Below are positions 40,700 to 50,428 of a DNA stretch of 64,000 bases, piece after piece. Where the stretch lies: positions 121-64,120 of the forward strand of contig CAYJIW010000001.1 in assembly GCA_964370335.1 (NCBI GenBank), written 5' to 3'. The notes beneath the pieces are model-generated. The model was given only the letters and a program-made list of their open reading frames with translations, was not told where the DNA came from and searched no databases. Both the position numbers and the translations under genes were made by a program. Source of the stretch: an uncultured Deferribacteraceae bacterium. Lineage in GTDB: Bacteria; Chrysiogenota; Deferribacteres; Deferribacterales; Mucispirillaceae. Each line of letters opens with the position of its first letter. Positions within the stretch are counted from its first letter, which is position 1.

Positions 40700-40746
40700 A
40701 AGTTATTAATATCCTAATTTTGTAAGTAATACAAGCGTTATAGCGC

Positions 40747-41367
40747 CTATTTGTTTAATTTATTAGCGTGTATTAGTTGGTGTATTACGTTGCTAACACG
40801 TTCAACTTCTTGTGATAAATTATCTAAGTCACTATTGTTATTTAATATTATTTGCGCATAATTGACATATTCTTGTTCTGACACTTGCGTTGCCATAATT
40901 TTTTCTATTAGTTCATCGCTAATATTATCACGTTGTTTAGTGCGATTGATGCGTGTTTCTTTATCGGCATATACTGCAATTAGTAAGTCGTACCGCTTGT
41001 AGATACCTGCTTCAATCATTATTGCAGATTCTGATATTATGGGTTTGTTAGGTTGAGTATTACGTATGTTATTTATAAGTTGTTTTTCAACCGCTCTAAC
41101 TTCTGGGTGGATAATATTTTCTAGTGTAGTCTTTTTACTTTCATCTTCAAATATAATTTTTTTAAGCATTGCACGGTTAATACTTTTATCGTCATTAATA
41201 ATATCAGTGCCGAATGCTTCAATAGTTTTATTATATGCGTTAGAGCCAACATTTAAAATATCTTTAGATATTGCGTCCATGTTGATAGTGTAAAATCCGT
41301 GTTGCTCAAACAATTTGCACGCTAAAGATTTTCCGCTACCAATTCCGCCAGTTAAAGCTATTGTCAT
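40747..41367 (-). CDS. coaE: dephospho-CoA kinase
   Basis: P-loop LTGGIGSGKS, about 200 aa. Confidence 0.9.
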   Translation of the reverse strand: MTIALTGGIGSGKSLACKLFEQHGFYTINMDAISKDILNVGSNAYNKTIEAFGTDIINDDKSINRAMLKKIIFEDESKKTTLENIIHPEVRAVEKQLINNIRNTQPNKPIISESAIMIEAGIYKRYDLLIAVYADKETRINRTKQRDNISDELIEKIMATQVSEQEYVNYAQIILNNNSDLDNLSQEVERVSNVIHQLIHANKLNK

Positions 41368-41370
41368 AAT

Positions 41371-41613
41371 TTAATCCATATAAACTTTTTTAAGTACACG
41401 CACTTTTTTGTCTAGTGGCATCGTAGATATAAGCTTGCATAAGTTATCAGGCTTATATTCCCTACAAACTGCTGGGCGGTTTTCATAATCACCACACTTG
41501 CCGTTATCAAGTAGATGTTGGCATGCAACACCGCCAGCCTTATTTAAAGTGGATATACTGTATGCAATGCAACATGCACCACACATAAAACATTCGCTAT
41601 TATTCACTATCAA
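41371..41613 (-). CDS. YkgJ-family (UPF0153) cysteine-cluster protein
   Basis: CFMCGACC motif plus further Cys (CQH, CGDY, CREY); 80 aa. Confidence 0.7.
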   Translation of the reverse strand: MIVNNSECFMCGACCIAYSISTLNKAGGVACQHLLDNGKCGDYENRPAVCREYKPDNLCKLISTMPLDKKVRVLKKVYMD

Positions 41614-42298
41614 TTACCATATTCGTTACTTTACCTATGTTGCTTATTTCGCAAGTGACAGTATCGCCAACGCTAATTTTTGTAGAACAATTACTAGCAC
41701 CTATCAAGATTACATCGCCTACCATCAATGTCATTATATTAGATAAGAATGCAACAACATGATTTACAGTTAAAATATCAAAGCTTTTATTACTTTCAAC
41801 AGCATTACCATTATGGATAAGCGATATGTCATAATCATTGCAATCAAAGCTACTATTTATGATTGGTGCAATAGGTGTAAATGTATCATATAGTGTGCCT
41901 AGCTCATCATCGGCAGAAATATTGTTTGCAACAGAATAGCCAAATATAAAGTTACTTGCGTAGCTTGCTGATATGTTGCGACACTTTTTGCCTATAACAA
42001 CTGCTAATTCTGCACTAGAGTGTAGCGAATGAACATTGGCTGGTTTTATAATACTTTCGCCATGCGCAATTAGAGAAGATGCAGGCTTTAAATAAAATGA
42101 TAACTCGTCATTATCAACTTTTGTACAAATAATTTTAGATGGTGAGATAGGTGTTAATAGTCTAACATCATCATACTTTACAACATCAGATGATACGGAA
42201 TAATCGTGAAATATTGTGCCGTTGATACGTTTAATTATTTCGCCATCAGTAACGCCACGATACTCTGTTTTGCCTACTGCATATCTAATAAATTTCAT
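41600..42298 (-). CDS. fumarylacetoacetate hydrolase (FAH) family protein
   Basis: ELAVVIGKKCRNIS and GDVILIG, typical FAH-fold blocks. Confidence 0.8.
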   Translation of the reverse strand: MKFIRYAVGKTEYRGVTDGEIIKRINGTIFHDYSVSSDVVKYDDVRLLTPISPSKIICTKVDNDELSFYLKPASSLIAHGESIIKPANVHSLHSSAELAVVIGKKCRNISASYASNFIFGYSVANNISADDELGTLYDTFTPIAPIINSSFDCNDYDISLIHNGNAVESNKSFDILTVNHVVAFLSNIMTLMVGDVILIGASNCSTKISVGDTVTCEISNIGKVTNMVIDSE

Positions 42299-42303
42299 AG
42301 TAA

Positions 42304-43431
42304 CTACCTTTTATAATTGTCACTAATATATATTAGTACGTCATTTTTTTCAAGTTCATTTAACGCAAGCTTAATTTCAACTTCACTAATAATTTGCTTA
42401 AATAAAGGCGAAGGGCTAAACCCCATTTGTATAAGCATTTCGCCAGTAATATTTTTAGCGTTCGCAACATCAAGTTGTTTAGACAATGTAAAAATATCGC
42501 TAAAGAATGACATATTATCAAGGTACTTACATTTTAAGTATGTGGTGATGATATTTAGGTTATCTAAAAACTTCCATGCAAAGACTTTCATGCTTCTTTC
42601 ATCGTTTAAGTCATTATTAAGTATATAATGCTCTGCATCTAGTATATTTTTTATAAGCTTACTTTCGCTATTAGTTAGTTTTAGTATATCAATAGCTTTT
42701 AAAGGCTCTTTAGCGGAGGCAATAATAAGTGGTAAAAAGTCTTTAGCTTCTGCAAGTGCATTAATATTTGTTACTATCGTGCTATCTAGCTCTATACATA
42801 AATAATTTTTTAGGATGTTGAAAAAATTATCGTTGATAATGACATTATAAAAGTAGTCACCTTTGAAAGTTTTTCGCAATTCTTCTAATATTCTTTCCAT
42901 GGCGATATTTTTCAATAACGGAGCAGAACGCATAGCAAGTTGCATAGTTTCATTATTAATATCAAAGCCTAGTTGCGATGCAAAACGGAAAGTTCTAAAA
43001 ATCCTAAGAGCATCATCTACAAATGTATTTTCATAGACGTGCTTTATTTTACCGTTGATAACATCATTATAGTTGCCAACTAAGTTGCCATCAAGGTCGC
43101 ATGCTAGGTTGTTGATAGTAAAATCTCTAAGCATAACATCTTCTTGAATATCTTTGCCACGTGGTTTAGAAACATCAATTACAATATTTCTTTTTACTAT
43201 GCGAATGTTATCTTTAAATGGTATATATGTCGCCCTAATTGACTTAGCAAATGTGATAGCAAACTTGTCATACTCAACACCAAACGGGATAATATCAATA
43301 TCTGCAGTAGTTTTCCCTAGCAAGATATCTCTAATAGTTCCGCCAACTATGTACACTTTTGCATTTAATTTTCGTTCAGTTTCAAAAATTTCTAAAAAAA
43401 ATGGTAAATCTTTCGTTGTTAATGTTGACAT
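42304..43431 (-). CDS. cca: tRNA nucleotidyltransferase / poly(A) polymerase family (short form, no HD domain)
   Basis: Head-domain motifs VYIVGGTIRDILLG, DIDI and RDFTINNLA. At 375 aa there is no room for a C-terminal HD phosphohydrolase domain. Confidence 0.82.
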   Translation of the reverse strand: MSTLTTKDLPFFLEIFETERKLNAKVYIVGGTIRDILLGKTTADIDIIPFGVEYDKFAITFAKSIRATYIPFKDNIRIVKRNIVIDVSKPRGKDIQEDVMLRDFTINNLACDLDGNLVGNYNDVINGKIKHVYENTFVDDALRIFRTFRFASQLGFDINNETMQLAMRSAPLLKNIAMERILEELRKTFKGDYFYNVIINDNFFNILKNYLCIELDSTIVTNINALAEAKDFLPLIIASAKEPLKAIDILKLTNSESKLIKNILDAEHYILNNDLNDERSMKVFAWKFLDNLNIITTYLKCKYLDNMSFFSDIFTLSKQLDVANAKNITGEMLIQMGFSPSPLFKQIISEVEIKLALNELEKNDVLIYISDNYKR

Positions 43432-43460
43432 ATTTGTCTAGTCCTCATAATATACGCACT

Positions 43461-43955
43461 ATGGCACGTGGAATAATTATCTCTGACACACATTATGGTT
43501 CATTAGAAAAACTTAATCAACATTTAGTTGCAGAAGTTAAGTGTGCCGATTTTGTTATCCACGCTGGTGATGCTGATACTACTAATTTTATTAGCGAATT
43601 ACAAGCAATATCGCCAAAAAAGTTTTATGCAGTCGCTGGTAATTGCGATTATGGCAGCGTATTGCCAACCCAATTAGTTGTTGATATATGTGGTTTGACT
43701 GTTGGTATCTCGCACGGTGCAGGTAACCACCATAATATTATTGATAGGCTTAGTTACTCGTTTAGCGATAGCAATGTAGATATTATTGTATTTGGGCATA
43801 CGCATCGCCCATTCCATGAAACTATTAGTGGTATTACTTTTTTTAATCCCGGTAGCGTATCTAGCAATAGGGGTATAGATTATAACTCGTATGGCGTGTT
43901 AAGTGTTGATAGTAAAGATAATTTTAAGTTAAGTATAGAAAGGTTGCCAAGATGA
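43461..43955 (+). CDS. YfcE/MJ0936-family metallophosphoesterase
   Basis: ISDTHYG, AGDAD, GNCD and GHTH motifs. I prefer the start at MARGIII (43461). The track start 43359 would overlap cca on the opposite strand. Confidence 0.85.
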   Translation: MARGIIISDTHYGSLEKLNQHLVAEVKCADFVIHAGDADTTNFISELQAISPKKFYAVAGNCDYGSVLPTQLVVDICGLTVGISHGAGNHHNIIDRLSYSFSDSNVDIIVFGHTHRPFHETISGITFFNPGSVSSNRGIDYNSYGVLSVDSKDNFKLSIERLPR

Positions 43956-44737
43956 AACGATTAATGTACATAGTATCAATAATATTTGTTATGTTGGGTT
44001 GTACGCCTACAACCAGTAGCGTAGTAATAGCAAATGATGTTAATAGAGCACCAGTTGCTTTTAGTGGCGAGCAAAACCAAGCTGTTTGTAAAGCAAAAGT
44101 TGCACCGGGACCAAGAAAAGTTGGCAACCCATACAGTATTGATGGGCAAATGTATTATCCTGTTAGTACAGCAGAAGGTTATGAAGAAGTTGGCGTTGCA
44201 TCGTGGTATGGGCCGGGTTTTCATGGCAAGCTTACTGCAAATGGCGAAATTTATGACCAAACAGCAATGACTGCTGCACATAGGACTTTGCCGATACCTA
44301 CTTATGTAGTTGTTGAAAATATTGAAAACGGAAAAACAGTTGTCGTTAGGGTAAATGATAGAGGTCCTTTTTCAAAAGGACGCATAATAGATTTGAGCGA
44401 AAAAGCAGCTAGCCAAATAGGCATGATAGAAAAAGGTACAGCGCAAGTTCGTGTATCTGTGTTATCGGAAGATCCTAACTGCGTTGTAGTAAAAGGGCAA
44501 GAAATTGATATAGATAAAGGCAACTTTGCAATCCAGATAGGTGCATTTTCTAATCCAGATAATGCAGAAAGGTTGATGAATAGGTTTGGCGATAAAGGGC
44601 ATGTATCTGTTGGCGATATTAATGGCAACTTTTGGTATAGGGTGTGGGTTACAGGCTATACATCCAGAAACGATGCAGAAGTTGCTGCTAGCCAGCTATC
44701 ATCAGAGTTTCCCGGCGCATTTATAATTGCAAGATAA
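43952..44737 (+). CDS. rlpA: septal ring lytic transglycosylase RlpA (DPBB plus SPOR domain lipoprotein)
   Basis: Lipobox VMLGC, DPBB block ASWYGPGFHGKLTANGEIYD...VRVNDRGP, and a SPOR-like C-terminus FAIQIGAFSNPDNAERL. Confidence 0.9.
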   Translation: MKRLMYIVSIIFVMLGCTPTTSSVVIANDVNRAPVAFSGEQNQAVCKAKVAPGPRKVGNPYSIDGQMYYPVSTAEGYEEVGVASWYGPGFHGKLTANGEIYDQTAMTAAHRTLPIPTYVVVENIENGKTVVVRVNDRGPFSKGRIIDLSEKAASQIGMIEKGTAQVRVSVLSEDPNCVVVKGQEIDIDKGNFAIQIGAFSNPDNAERLMNRFGDKGHVSVGDINGNFWYRVWVTGYTSRNDAEVAASQLSSEFPGAFIIAR

Positions 44738-44755
44738 TTAGTAGGAGGAATAGAA

Positions 44756-45106
44756 ATGGTTATTAAATTTGACGACATAGTGGCAGATGAACAAGTGCCA
44801 AGACAAGGCTATGGCATAGCAGATGTTTATGCTTATGAAGCAATGGTTGGACTAGGTATGCGTTATAAAAGATTTATGATGATGGCGCTAGAGCCAAAAT
44901 CTGCAACAGGCTACCACGTACACGAAGATGATATGGAAGTTATGATTATGCTTGACGGTACTGCAAACTATAACGATAATGGTACGCAAGTTGTTGTTAG
45001 TACAGGCGATATGCTGATATGCAACAAGGGCGAAGGCCACTCGATAGAAGTTGTTGGCGACGAGCCGATAACTTATTTAGCAATTATTGCGGAAGTAGTT
45101 GAATAA
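44756..45106 (+). CDS. cupin-domain protein
   Basis: The cupin_2 pattern fits in TGYHVHEDDMEVMIMLDG ... GEGHSI. Confidence 0.7.
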   Translation: MVIKFDDIVADEQVPRQGYGIADVYAYEAMVGLGMRYKRFMMMALEPKSATGYHVHEDDMEVMIMLDGTANYNDNGTQVVVSTGDMLICNKGEGHSIEVVGDEPITYLAIIAEVVE

Positions 45107-45158
45107 TTACTTTACTTTATGTTATAATAATACGATTATTTTTTAGGAGATGTATAAA

Positions 45159-45605
45159 ATGGAAAGAACATTTGCAATCATTAAACCAGATGCAGTTGCT
45201 GCAAAAAACGCAGGCAAAATTATTGATAGGATAGAGGCTGAAGGCTTCAATATCGTAGCGATGAAAAAAATTCACATGTCAAAACATATAGCTAAGTGCT
45301 TTTATTATGTTCACAGTGAGCGTCCTTTTTACAATGACTTAACAGATTTCATGAGCTCTGGCCCATGTATCGTTATGTGTTTAGAAAAAGAAGGCGCAAT
45401 CAAAGCATGGCGTGACCTTATGGGCGCAACTAACCCAAGTGAAGCAGCTGATAATACTTTACGTAAAGTATTTGGCAAAAATATTGATAACAACGCAACA
45501 CACGGTTCAGATGCTCCAGAAACAGCAGCAGAAGAATTAGGTTTGTTTTTTGCAGGTACAGAACTTGCTAGAGAGCATAAAGGTTGTGGCTGTTCAAAAA
45601 AGTAG
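45159..45605 (+). CDS. ndk: nucleoside-diphosphate kinase (short Cys-rich C-terminal extension)
   Basis: ERTFAIIKPDAV and NATHGSD (active-site His). The AGGAG SD sits 9-10 nt before ATG 45159, so I prefer this start over 45150. Confidence 0.93.
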   Translation: MERTFAIIKPDAVAAKNAGKIIDRIEAEGFNIVAMKKIHMSKHIAKCFYYVHSERPFYNDLTDFMSSGPCIVMCLEKEGAIKAWRDLMGATNPSEAADNTLRKVFGKNIDNNATHGSDAPETAAEELGLFFAGTELAREHKGCGCSKK

Positions 45606-45636
45606 TATAATATAGTTGATACTCAAAATTACAATA

Positions 45637-45654
45637 CCCGCATGTAAATGCGGG
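45637..45654 (+). terminator. hairpin after ndk
   Basis: CCCGCAT-GTAA-ATGCGGG followed by CTTTGTTTACTTT. Confidence 0.6.
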
Positions 45655-45690
45655 CTTTGTTTACTTTATATTTATTTGTAGAGGTTTAAG

Positions 45691-47079
45691 ATGAAATACT
45701 TAAGTACAAGGGGTAAGGTTAAAGGTCTTAGTTTTGAAGACGCTATAATGATGGGGCTTGCTGAAGATGGCGGGCTGTTAGTTCCTGAAAGGATACCAGA
45801 AGTTTATGAGCGTGATTTAAGACATTTGTCAGAACTTAGCTACCCTCAGTTAGCATATGAAATTATGAGCAGGTATATAGACGATATACCAAAATCTGAT
45901 TTAAAAACAATAATTGCAAGAAGCTATGCAAAACAGAATGAAGAGCTTGAAATACCAGTTGTGAAGGCTGGCTACGTTAATGTGGCAGAGTTATTTCATG
46001 GCCCAACTTTTGCTTTTAAAGATGTAGCGCTACAATTTCTTGGTAACTTGTTTGAGTATTATCTTCTGAAGCGTGATAAAGTATTAAATATTGTTGGTGC
46101 AACAAGTGGCGATACTGGTAGTGCAGCAATTTATGGTATGTGTGGCAAAAAGAATATAAATATTTTTATCTTATATCCTGAAGGCAGGGTTAGTAACGTA
46201 CAAGAGCTACAAATGACTACTGTGCCTGATGAAAATATACATTGTTTAGCTGTTAAGGGCGATTTTGACCATTGCCAAGCAATAGTAAAAGAAATGTTTA
46301 GCGATCTAGAATTTAAAAACAAGTATAACTTAGGCGCTATAAACTCTATAAACTGGGCTAGAATATTAGCTCAAGTAGTATATTACTTTTATGTATATTT
46401 TAAAGTTGCTGGCCACGTTGGTGAGGAAATTAACTTTTCTGTCCCTACTGGTAACTTTGGAAACATATTAGCTGGATATATTGCAAAAAGCATGGGATTA
46501 CCAATAGGTAAAATTGTACTTGCAAACAACAAGAACAATGTCTTAACTCGTACAATCAAGTTTGGTAACTTTACTTTAGAGCGTGTTAAGCCTTCTATTA
46601 GTCCTGCTATGGATATACAAATACCTAGCAACTTTGAAAGGTATTTATATTTCTTATTTGATAAAGACACAACAAAAGTTGTTGAGGCTATGAAAACAAT
46701 TAATACTGAAAAGCGCTTTATTATGAAAGGTTCGCTTTTGGCACAAATTAGGCGTGACTTTATTGCCGCATATGCAGATGATGAAGTTATTAAAGAAACT
46801 ATGTCTGAAGTTTATAGATTGTCAGAATATGTTGTTGACCCACATACTGCTTGTGGTATGAACGCAATATATCAGCTAGGGCTTGAAAGTTACCAAACTG
46901 TATGTTTAGCAACTGCACACCCAGCAAAATTTGATGATATTGTCGAAAATGCTATCGGATTTTCTCCAGCTGTGCCACGTGCTATTGCAAAGCTATCAGG
47001 TTTGCCAAAGCGTGTTGTGCATAAGTTGCCAAATACAGAAGATATAAAAAGCTATATTGTTGATACATTGAGCAAATAA
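45691..47079 (+). CDS. thrC: threonine synthase
   Basis: PLP-lysine context GPTFAFKDVALQ and GATSGDTGSAA; 462 aa. Confidence 0.92.
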   Translation: MKYLSTRGKVKGLSFEDAIMMGLAEDGGLLVPERIPEVYERDLRHLSELSYPQLAYEIMSRYIDDIPKSDLKTIIARSYAKQNEELEIPVVKAGYVNVAELFHGPTFAFKDVALQFLGNLFEYYLLKRDKVLNIVGATSGDTGSAAIYGMCGKKNINIFILYPEGRVSNVQELQMTTVPDENIHCLAVKGDFDHCQAIVKEMFSDLEFKNKYNLGAINSINWARILAQVVYYFYVYFKVAGHVGEEINFSVPTGNFGNILAGYIAKSMGLPIGKIVLANNKNNVLTRTIKFGNFTLERVKPSISPAMDIQIPSNFERYLYFLFDKDTTKVVEAMKTINTEKRFIMKGSLLAQIRRDFIAAYADDEVIKETMSEVYRLSEYVVDPHTACGMNAIYQLGLESYQTVCLATAHPAKFDDIVENAIGFSPAVPRAIAKLSGLPKRVVHKLPNTEDIKSYIVDTLSK

Positions 47080-48102
47080 ATGGCAACGCCCATAGATTTA
47101 TTCGATTATGATTTGCCAGATGATTTAATTGCATACGAGCCTGTACAAAAACGTGATAAGTGCAGGCTTTTGCATGTTGATATATCTGGTGGCAAAGTGC
47201 ATGATAATATTTTTACTGACATATTAGATATGGTTGGTGATAACTCATTTTTAGTTGTCAACAATACAAAAGTATATAACGCACGCTTAAATGCGCAAAA
47301 GCAAACAGGCGGTTTGTTAGAATTTTTTGTTACAAAAGTTATATCTGATACCGAGTGCGAAGCGTTAATAAAAGGGCGTGTACGTCAAGATATGGTTATA
47401 GAGTTACCAAGCGGAGCAACTGCCATACTAAAATCAGTTGATAGTGATGGTGTCTGGCGTGCAACAACATCACATAATATTCTTGAAATTATGGATAAGT
47501 ATGGTAGCGTACCACTGCCACCATACATTGCAAGAAAAGCAGAAAGCAAAGATAAAAGCGACTATCAAACGGTTTACTCTAGCGTGCAAGGCTCTGTTGC
47601 TGCACCTACAGCTGGGCTACATTTTACTGATGATTTAATGCAAAAGCTAAAAGCAAAAGGTGTTGATATTTTAGAAGTAACGCTTGATGTTGGCATTGGC
47701 ACGTTTCGCCCGATAAAAACTAAAACACTAGAAGAACATAAAATGCATAGCGAAAGGTATTATATATCTAGCGATGTTTGCAACAAAATCAACGAATATA
47801 AGCGAATGGGCAAAAAGCTTATTGCTGTTGGCTCAACAACTGTTCGTGCTTTAGAATCAGCTTGTGATAATGATGGTTTGTTGAACAGTGGCGAGCATCA
47901 TACAGATATTATGATTAGTCCGCCTTACCAGTTTAAAATTGTTGATGGAATGGTTACAAACTTTCATTTACCAAAATCATCATTACTTGCTATGGTTACA
48001 GCATTTGGTGGTTACGAGCTAATTATGGGTGCTTATAAACATGCTATAGAACAAAAATATAGATTTTTTAGCTATGGAGATGCTATGATTATGTTAAAAT
48101 AG
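47080..48102 (+). CDS. queA: S-adenosylmethionine:tRNA ribosyltransferase-isomerase
   Basis: FDYDLPDDLIAYEP, AAPTAGLHFT and VGSTTVRALES. Confidence 0.95.
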   Translation: MATPIDLFDYDLPDDLIAYEPVQKRDKCRLLHVDISGGKVHDNIFTDILDMVGDNSFLVVNNTKVYNARLNAQKQTGGLLEFFVTKVISDTECEALIKGRVRQDMVIELPSGATAILKSVDSDGVWRATTSHNILEIMDKYGSVPLPPYIARKAESKDKSDYQTVYSSVQGSVAAPTAGLHFTDDLMQKLKAKGVDILEVTLDVGIGTFRPIKTKTLEEHKMHSERYYISSDVCNKINEYKRMGKKLIAVGSTTVRALESACDNDGLLNSGEHHTDIMISPPYQFKIVDGMVTNFHLPKSSLLAMVTAFGGYELIMGAYKHAIEQKYRFFSYGDAMIMLK

Positions 48103-48171
48103 TTGATGTTTTTAACAGATTAGTGTTATATTTATAATAAGTGTTTCAAAAATAATAAAATGAGGGCACAT

Positions 48172-49389
48172 ATGGGCAACAAAGTATTGTTAATTGATGA
48201 TAGTGTTACTATCCATAGAGTAATCGACTTGTCGATTGATGCAGAGCGCTTTGAGATTACAAAAGTCTTTACAAAAGAAGATGCTGAGCAAAAACTTTCA
48301 AGCGATCAATACGACTTTATATTGCTAGATAATAAGTTGGAAGATATTTACCCTGTAGACTTTATACAAAAAATACGTGACATGCAGCAAGAAGCAAGAG
48401 TTATTTTGCTTGTTGGTGCGTTTGAAAAGTTTAGCGATGAAGAACGTCAATCATTAAACGCAGATGACTTTCTTATAAAGCCTTTCAACTCTCAATCACT
48501 AAACGAAGTGCTTTTTGCAGGTGGCGATAGTGGTGCAGAGATAGTTAATCTCCCTCAAGATGAATTGCCAGAAGACCCAGAACAATTAACAAACTTTATT
48601 GATAATTTGCCTATTAGCGACAACAATCGTGAAGAAGTAATAGAAGATAGCGAAGAAGTGCCAGAGCCTGTTGGTGATGACTTTGTTGTGCAAGGTGAAG
48701 CATATGATAATGTCGTGTTTAATAAAGAAAAATACCTTACAAACCTTGAAGATGTGCAATCAGATGATTTGCTTGAAGACGCAACTGCATACGTAGAAGA
48801 TTTGATAGAAACAGACGATGAAGGTAACGGAATTATACCTATTGTTGAAGAAAGTGACGATAGTGATGAAGAAGAAGTTGAAGAGGTTGCTGAAACGGAA
48901 GAAGTTGAAAGCACAGAAGAAACTGAAGAAACTATAGATGAAGAATTGCCAGAAACAGTTTATGAGGACACAGCAGAAGCGGAAACTGAAACTGAGCCAG
49001 AATTAGAAGTTGATACAGAAACTATCGTAGATGAGGAAACAGAAGTCGATAGCGATGCAGATGCTGACGCTAGCGAAGTTGAAGATGTACTTGATGAAGA
49101 CATATATGGCGAGGGTATAAACCTTGCAGAGTTTGAAAAAGCACTTGATATTATAGAAGATGGCGACCAAGAAGTTGATAGTATTGAAAGCGAAATGCAA
49201 AGTAATGCTGAATTTACGAAAGAAGAACTTATTGAAATGGTTAAATCTACTATAGATAAAGATATGTTGCGTGAAGTTGTTACGGAAGCATTATCAGATT
49301 TAATTAAAGAAGCAGTTATGGATATTATACCAGAACTTGGCGAAAAATTTATAAAAGAGGAAATTGAAAGGCTAAAAAACGATGAGTAA
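48172..49389 (+). CDS. response-regulator receiver domain protein with long polyacidic region and short helical C-terminal module
   Basis: The REC domain has LLIDDS, FILLD (phospho-acceptor Asp context) and FLIKPF (conserved Lys). About 230 residues dominated by D/E/T follow, then about 70 structured-looking residues. I prefer the start at 48172 (GAGGG SD). Confidence 0.8.
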   Translation: MGNKVLLIDDSVTIHRVIDLSIDAERFEITKVFTKEDAEQKLSSDQYDFILLDNKLEDIYPVDFIQKIRDMQQEARVILLVGAFEKFSDEERQSLNADDFLIKPFNSQSLNEVLFAGGDSGAEIVNLPQDELPEDPEQLTNFIDNLPISDNNREEVIEDSEEVPEPVGDDFVVQGEAYDNVVFNKEKYLTNLEDVQSDDLLEDATAYVEDLIETDDEGNGIIPIVEESDDSDEEEVEEVAETEEVESTEETEETIDEELPETVYEDTAEAETETEPELEVDTETIVDEETEVDSDADADASEVEDVLDEDIYGEGINLAEFEKALDIIEDGDQEVDSIESEMQSNAEFTKEELIEMVKSTIDKDMLREVVTEALSDLIKEAVMDIIPELGEKFIKEEIERLKNDE

Positions 49390-50428
49390 TGAAAATTCAT
49401 ATAAAAATAGTGGCGTAGATATTGACGAAGGCAACAGATTTGTATCATTAATCAAAAAATCTGTTGAATCTACAAAGATTGATGGCGTAATGGGTGGTAT
49501 TGGCGGTTTTGCTGGTTTGTTCAACTTAAAAAACTTTAAAGATATGCAAGAGCCTATCTTAGTATCAGGTACTGACGGTGTTGGAACTAAGTTGCGTATT
49601 GCTATCGACTCCAACATTTATGATACTGTTGGTATCGACTTAGTAGCAATGAGTGTAAACGATTTATTAGTTACTGGTGCGAAACCATTATTTTTTCTTG
49701 ATTACATGGCTACAGGGAAACTATTGCCAGAAAAAATGTCAGAAGTTGTAAAAGGTATATCAGCTGGCTGTGTTGAGGCAGAATGTGCATTATTAGGCGG
49801 TGAAACTGCAGAAATGCCGGGCATGTATCATGGTGATGATTTTGATTTAGCAGGCTTTGCTGTTGGTATTGTCGATAAAGCAAAAATTATTGATGGTTCG
49901 ACTATAAAAAAAGGTGATGCAATCGTTGGCGTAGGTTCATCAGGATTTCATAGTAATGGATTTTCGTTAGTTAGGAAAGTTGTTGAAAATGCGGGTTTAT
50001 CTGTAAATGACAAATTCACTGATGATAAAACAGTTGCAGAAGCGTTGCTTACACCTACAAAACTATACGTTAAGCTTGTTCAAGCAGTTATAAATAGCGG
50101 AATAAATATTAAAGGTATGGTTCACATCACTGGTGGCGGATTTTATGATAATATACCACGTGTTTTGCCTAACAATGTTAACGCAAACCTTGATATTGAA
50201 GATATTGAGCTACCACCAGCAATAAAAGCACTTGTAGAACTAGCACCAGATATTGCACAGCACGAGCTTTATCGTGTATTTAATATGGGCGTGGGTTACG
50301 TTTTTATTGTTGAAGAAAAAGATGCGCAATCTATAATTGATATTGCTAATAAAATGGGTGATAAAGCTTGGAAAATTGGCTCAATCATTGAAGGTAGTGG
50401 CGAAGTTACAATTAAAGGAATTGATTAA
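49382..50428 (+). CDS. purM: phosphoribosylformylglycinamidine cyclo-ligase (AIR synthetase)
   Basis: GGIGGFAGLF, GTDGVGTKL and LGGETAEMPG. Confidence 0.95.
   Translation: MSNENSYKNSGVDIDEGNRFVSLIKKSVESTKIDGVMGGIGGFAGLFNLKNFKDMQEPILVSGTDGVGTKLRIAIDSNIYDTVGIDLVAMSVNDLLVTGAKPLFFLDYMATGKLLPEKMSEVVKGISAGCVEAECALLGGETAEMPGMYHGDDFDLAGFAVGIVDKAKIIDGSTIKKGDAIVGVGSSGFHSNGFSLVRKVVENAGLSVNDKFTDDKTVAEALLTPTKLYVKLVQAVINSGINIKGMVHITGGGFYDNIPRVLPNNVNANLDIEDIELPPAIKALVELAPDIAQHELYRVFNMGVGYVFIVEEKDAQSIIDIANKMGDKAWKIGSIIEGSGEVTIKGID

Noticed and set aside
43359-43460. 5' extensions of track ORFs: 43359-43460 for the phosphoesterase, 26407-26490 for the membrane protein, 37736-37771 for ftsK, 45150-45158 for ndk, 48160-48171 for the response regulator and 21824-21847 for the HEPN gene.
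   Set aside because: Internal starts fit conserved N-termini and SD spacing better, or form ATGA-type coupling with the upstream gene. The extensions overlap neighbouring genes or add non-conserved residues.
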